Below are positions 58,810 to 64,000 of a stretch of 64,000 nt of DNA, piece after piece. Position numbers and translations under genes: made by a program. Source of the stretch: Dudresnaya verticillata. Taxonomy: Eukaryota. The stretch lies in assembly GCA_977862235.1 (NCBI GenBank), contig OZ374558.1:558001-622000 (forward strand), in the 5' to 3' direction. The notes under the pieces were generated by a model. The model was not told the origin of the DNA and did not search any database. It saw nothing but the letters and a program-made list of their open reading frames with translations. Numbering within the stretch: position 1 is the first letter of the stretch; the number at the start of each line of letters is the position of its first letter.

Positions 58810-59137
58810 AGCATCCCTTTAATCGCAAGATTCAGAGTAAGACCGTAAAGCAGACTTAATGCGCACTTTCTCTAACGTGGCCGTTTACAAGCTTGCGTCT
58901 GTTAACAGAAACCGCGACACACTGTGATACTGCAGAGGTAAGGCGAGTGAGAATCGCAAGATGGGCTCGCGACAGAGCACGAGAAGAGGAGGAGTGGGGA
59001 GCTACGACCGAGACGTCAAACGCTTGAGCAGTTGGTGCGAAGCCACGGTCATCACCGAAAACGCCCATACGAAGCTGATCACGACGAAGCTCTGGATGTT
59101 GGTCATCGGTGCGATGGAGGGATCGTTGATCACGGCC
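58810..59137 (-). mobile_element. Family B REL fragment with an internal 189-bp deletion
   Basis: High identity to 10845-11370 apart from the missing 10988-11176. Confidence 0.9.
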
Positions 59138-59330
59138 AATTATCAGATTTGTCAAATATAAGGGGTCGGCCATTTTTCACGAGGTGCCTCTTGGCCGAGG
59201 ATCGCCTACAACGGCAACCAACGCCAGGACTACAATACTACATATACTTTCCCGCACTCTGCGACGTCAGTGGTCTCGTTCCCTACCGCTTTCTATCAAC
59301 ACAACTTTTTGCTTTCCGCGCGGAACAAAT

Positions 59331-61241
59331 ATGGACAACAAGTCGAATACTCAGAAAATTGGCCTGCGAAAGCCCCTGAATTATGCAGGGTTCAGGGCAG
59401 GAACGGGACAAATCCGTCTCGGTCCTAGAAAAGGCCTCTTTGGTGGCCCCGGTAACCTGCAAAACAAAAGCAACGGTGAGAAGGATGAGGGCAGTTCACG
59501 AAATACCGCGCACGCTTCACCGACATTGCAACCGAAAGAGAGCAATGCGTGGAGCACCAAGAATGAAAAGAAGCAGAACTCGACTCCATCTAGAAATGGT
59601 AATGAAGACAATGTTAGCAAACCATCTTCTAGTTGTAAGAAGAAGGGAAGTGAGCGTTTCCAGAAGGCAGAGGGTAATGTTGATGCCCCGCACTCTTCTA
59701 ACAAAGCCTGTCCAGAACCTAGTAACGATTCATTAACAAGCGGAAGCGGAAGTAGTAAGTCACGAGTGTCTTTCAAGAACCTCGAGGGGGCTGACATTAC
59801 GAGAACAATCAGTAGAAGACAGACGATGACCTATACTTTACCACCGCCGATGACGTCAAATGGTATCAGGCAGAAATCGTCCGGGAAGGGTGACCAACTA
59901 GACCAGGAGGAACATGAGAAGAAGGACAGGAGTTCTCCTCATCCTGCCCGCCCGCCCACGATCCCTGCCAATTTTGCAAGCTTCAATCTGAACACGAACC
60001 GTGAGAAGAGCATTGAGAAAGATAATGCCCAAAATCCAACTCAGCCTAAGAGCAAGAATGGACTCAAGGCTGAGAAAAACTCTTCACGTTCTAAGAACAA
60101 GGAAGGAGGGAATCCTCGGAGGGCACAGAACATTCGAGATGAACCACGTCGGTCGAATGAGAAGAAAAGGTATTCGAGTCGGGACAAACCTGGACACGAA
60201 AAGGTCCCTGGTTCGGACAAGAATCGAAAATCGCTTACCAAAAGGGGCAGCGGTTCCGCAATCGTTCTAAAAAGCGCAGATGGCCTGCGCTTATCCGGAA
60301 AAGTCAGAACAGCGCCCAGTTCCGATTCCCCGGCAAGCAAAATCAAAATCGTAACCAGTAACGCGCAAATGACGCACAAGCTCTCCAAGTCGCCTGGCAT
60401 TACAAGGGAAAGCAGTACAAGACAGAATACGACCTTTACTCTGCCACCGCCGATGACGTCGAATGGTATCAGGCAGAAATCGCCCGGGAAGGGTGACCAA
60501 CTAGACAAGGAGAAATATGAGAAGAAGAATGACAGTAGTTCTCCTCATCCTGCCCGCCCATCCACGATCCCTGTTAATTTGACCAGTTTCAATCTGAACG
60601 CAAACCGTGAGAAGAGCATTGCGAAAGGTAATGCTCTAAATCCAACTCAGCCTAAGAGCAAGAATGGACTCAAGGCTGAGAAACACTCTTCACGTTCTAA
60701 GAACAAGGTAGGCGGGAATCCTCGGAGGGAACAGAACATTCGAGATGAACCACGTCGGTCGAATGAGAAGAAAAGGGATTCGAGTCGGGATAAACCTGGA
60801 CACAAAAAGGTCCCTGGTTCGGACAAGAATCGAAAATCGCGTACCAAAAGGGGCAGCGGTTCCACAACCGTTCACAACAGCGCAGAACGGCGTCTCTCTA
60901 AGACACTGAAGGAGCAGAATCCCTCTCCTTATGTTCAATCTGCTCTCCCTTCCTTGCTGGAAAGGAACTCCGTTTTTCTGCAGGGTTCAGGCATCTCCGT
61001 TCCAAAAAGCAGGTCATCCGATGGAAACTATTCAGTTCCATCCCATTTGGGTAGCATCCGTCGTTCTGGCTGTTCTAGTGCAGGACGCATTCCGAACATC
61101 GGCTCGCCTGCTCCTCCGGATACTGGGAATGAAGAATCAAGTGGTACTGGTCATAGAAGAGGCGATGATCGAAAGGCGGGACGCAAACGTATCTTGCTGA
61201 ATATTGAAACTATGAAGAGACTGAACTTCACCTTTTATTGA
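59331..61241 (+). CDS. Lys/Ser/Asn-rich, probably disordered protein with a ~150-aa internal duplication (636 aa)
   Basis: First ATG at 59331 in a long ORF; 59811-60265 is repeated at 60414-60870. Confidence 0.75.
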   Translation: MDNKSNTQKIGLRKPLNYAGFRAGTGQIRLGPRKGLFGGPGNLQNKSNGEKDEGSSRNTAHASPTLQPKESNAWSTKNEKKQNSTPSRNGNEDNVSKPSSSCKKKGSERFQKAEGNVDAPHSSNKACPEPSNDSLTSGSGSSKSRVSFKNLEGADITRTISRRQTMTYTLPPPMTSNGIRQKSSGKGDQLDQEEHEKKDRSSPHPARPPTIPANFASFNLNTNREKSIEKDNAQNPTQPKSKNGLKAEKNSSRSKNKEGGNPRRAQNIRDEPRRSNEKKRYSSRDKPGHEKVPGSDKNRKSLTKRGSGSAIVLKSADGLRLSGKVRTAPSSDSPASKIKIVTSNAQMTHKLSKSPGITRESSTRQNTTFTLPPPMTSNGIRQKSPGKGDQLDKEKYEKKNDSSSPHPARPSTIPVNLTSFNLNANREKSIAKGNALNPTQPKSKNGLKAEKHSSRSKNKVGGNPRREQNIRDEPRRSNEKKRDSSRDKPGHKKVPGSDKNRKSRTKRGSGSTTVHNSAERRLSKTLKEQNPSPYVQSALPSLLERNSVFLQGSGISVPKSRSSDGNYSVPSHLGSIRRSGCSSAGRIPNIGSPAPPDTGNEESSGTGHRRGDDRKAGRKRILLNIETMKRLNFTFY

Positions 61242-64000
61242 AAGCAGTCCTATTGCAAGTTCCCATTAACGGTTCCGAGTCTACGAGAGAATGGTTCTGA
61301 TGAAGCAACGTGTATGTTCATCTAAGCTATCCGTCAGCAAAACACCAACATGTTTCCATCAACATCAGTGATGCTGTGGATAGACTTTTGAATGGTTACA
61401 CATCTTGAAATCTGCTCACAAGATGCAACAGAACAGCTCTTACTCTTATGTATTCAGGTCTTCTGTTGACTACTTTTGCGCAAACAAAAGTCTATGTGTC
61501 CTCAAATAGCAACAAGCAACGAAAACTGCTAGCCTGTTATGCAACTGTTGCACAGCTGGCTAGGATTACAGCGTAGTATCCAGCTTGCATAGTTCTAGTT
61601 AGTCTTCTCACTGAGTAAAGTGCATCTCTCTCCTTAGTTAAAGCAGCCTCTTTTTAACTCTTGTGGATTAGGGAGAAAGAAAGCACATCACCGGAAATGG
61701 GGTGGCCGTGAAGACACAGTGCTTATCATGCGTGACTGTGGCATTGATTCTAAAGACGTCATTGACGAAATAGCATCCTTTCTGACGTATCGGACCCCGT
61801 GGTCGTACGAGTACTGTGAACCGAGACGAACGAAGTGGTACAGTAATACTGCGATATTAATTCAACGGCGCTGTCATACCTTAGCGAGACTAACAATACA
61901 GCGAAAGATCTGTTCCGAGCGATGCTTAATCATGTTCAGTGCGTAAGGGAGAGTGATAAAATACTCACAGTGGTGTTGCTCCTTTTGAAGGCTACTCCCT
62001 TGAAGGATACACCCTTGAAGGCTACACTAAACATATTCGAGACCATTAAAGTCTCAATTCATTTTATAAAGGGAAGGGGCACGCTGACGAAAAGGAAAGC
62101 GAGGTAGAACAGGATAAGTAGAAAGAGTGGGAACTGAAAAGTTGGAAAGTGCTATTGTGTTTCGATGGCTAGACGTACTGCAGACCTCGAGCCGGCCAGC
62201 ATAAATAGGCCAAGGCCTGCACCACAATGTGTTGCTGCAGCATGAATACGGCTACAGTACTTGATGTAGCATAAAACTAAACAAACAGCTAGTTCTAACA
62301 GACCGTAGCGGTGAACCGCTGGAATAATCGTAACAACATAGCAGAAATAGTAGTAGCTCAGCCATGAGTGAACAGCTGCTCAAGCCAAATTATTCATTCA
62401 CGTGCCCTTGGGGCGGGGCTTTTGCGATAACTTTTGTTGCTATTCTTGTTCAGCGATACAAGATCTGATCGATTCCGAGGTGCACACTGCTTGGAACTGT
62501 AACGTTTTCTCGATCTTGGAAAGGGCTGATGCCCAATCTTTCTATATTATCCCACTCCGTGTGCTGCCAGAACTTTGTCGGAAAACGCAAGGATTTGGAT
62601 GCACTTGTTTACGAGAGCTATTACATATGGCTTGGGAAGACCTGCCCGGTGGCAGATTTGTTCTTTCAGAAACGCGCAGGGCCCCCGAGCTGGCGGTAGG
62701 CAACCGCCGAGACTACTCGGCAAAGTGGTGAGCAAAGTTGAGAAAGAAAGCAGCGAGATACAGAGACTTGCGGCGACGTGACAAGCTGTTCGGTCGGCGA
62801 CAGGGAACAGAGTGGAGCCCGGCGGTCCGCGTTGGCAGCAACTTTCGCCGTCGCGACAACTGAAAGCCAGAAGACCGCAACGGCCGCCACGCCCAGTGCG
62901 GTGCATCAATACGAAAGTGATAAATCCGTTGCAGTATCAATATGGGGTGCTTGAGGTAGCGCAAACGTCCTCAACAGATATTCCTGTGGCTGCATCATTC
63001 GTTCCACATCGCTTGGTGCAGATAAGCAAGTGCTACTGTAACATTACGTCACGCTTCCGTCCACTGCAATAAACTCACATCTTCGATTCAGCCAGGTCAC
63101 GATGCTATGAGATATCGCTTGCCACTCGCACTTATTCTCATGAGTAAGTATCAACGGAGGATTGAAAAACTCTTGCAGGGTCTTACACGCATATGATATG
63201 GTGTTATAATGCATTGTTATGCAATGCAGAATGAAATAAAGAAGCACAAGTATATACAATTGGCATGCACTGGGAGGAGCAGCTCTTTTGAGGACTTGCT
63301 TACAATGTACAACATGCGGTTCGAGATGAGTAGGGAAAATCCGTTTCACAATCCTGGCTGCATACATTTGAAGCAACAAAACGCTGCAGGAACGTCATAT
63401 ATTGAGCATCACGCTGTCTCAGGAAAGATGGGACAGCCAAGCAGCCCATGTTGGAAAAGGGATTGCAGAATGCGGAGCATCCTGTAGTGTCTAGAAAACT
63501 TGAGTGTGTACGGGATACTGCAACATTCCAAGAGCTATTGTGGCCCAAGTGGAACCTGACCTTCGACAGCAATAAATAGTACCATCACACACACACGCAC
63601 ACCTCTATTTCTCAATCTATGGATCGTCACTGTATTCTGCGAGTGAGAGAAAATAGTGTCTTTCCATTTGCCAAGGCCTCCTGCATCCTGCATTTCGGCA
63701 GATCATGCGTACGCATCGAGACTAAGGTGTCATTCAAAACGGTCAAGGTGAGTGAGCGGCATTGTTCGAGCTATGCACTAATCAAGTTGGGGCGAAAAGA
63801 CAGGCCACGCGACGTAGTGTTCTTACAAGAAGGCAGACTTACCAGTCGCTCAAGTGAGCGTCTCGTGTGGTTGTCATGCTTCTCAGTGGAATCAGGAAGC
63901 CCAATACAGTAGACACTCATCAGACGCCCGCGAGGGACCTCACTGCAACTTGCGCAAGGAGTGCTGAGCACCTGCTGAATGGATTCGTTCCTCCGGGAGA

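Overview
Eukaryotic genomic DNA with about 50% GC and nearly intron-free genes separated by transposon debris. The overall style suggests a red alga, but that is inference. Host genes: an SGF29-like tandem Tudor protein, a C2H2 zinc-finger gene with one intron, five intronless divergent casein kinase 1 (CK1)-like genes within about 19 kb (four non-RD, one with a ~140-residue Asp/Glu insertion inside the N-lobe), a flavin monooxygenase-like protein fused to EF-hand(s), a block of four secreted Cys-rich or mucin-like proteins (36.7-47.9 kb) and a Lys/Ser-rich protein with an internal duplication. The intergenic DNA holds many copies of several families of CRE-like non-LTR retrotransposons (reverse transcriptase plus restriction-like endonuclease, REL), including nested copies. 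Their 3' ends show a stop-codon hairpin with compensatory changes, a TAAAG(G) motif and short (CT)n or (GAT)n tails that match the first bases of the target-site duplication (TSD). Insertions as short as 14-35 bp with intact or nearly intact TSDs and a fold-back 5' junction are visible. All calls come from motif reading by eye; no searches were run.
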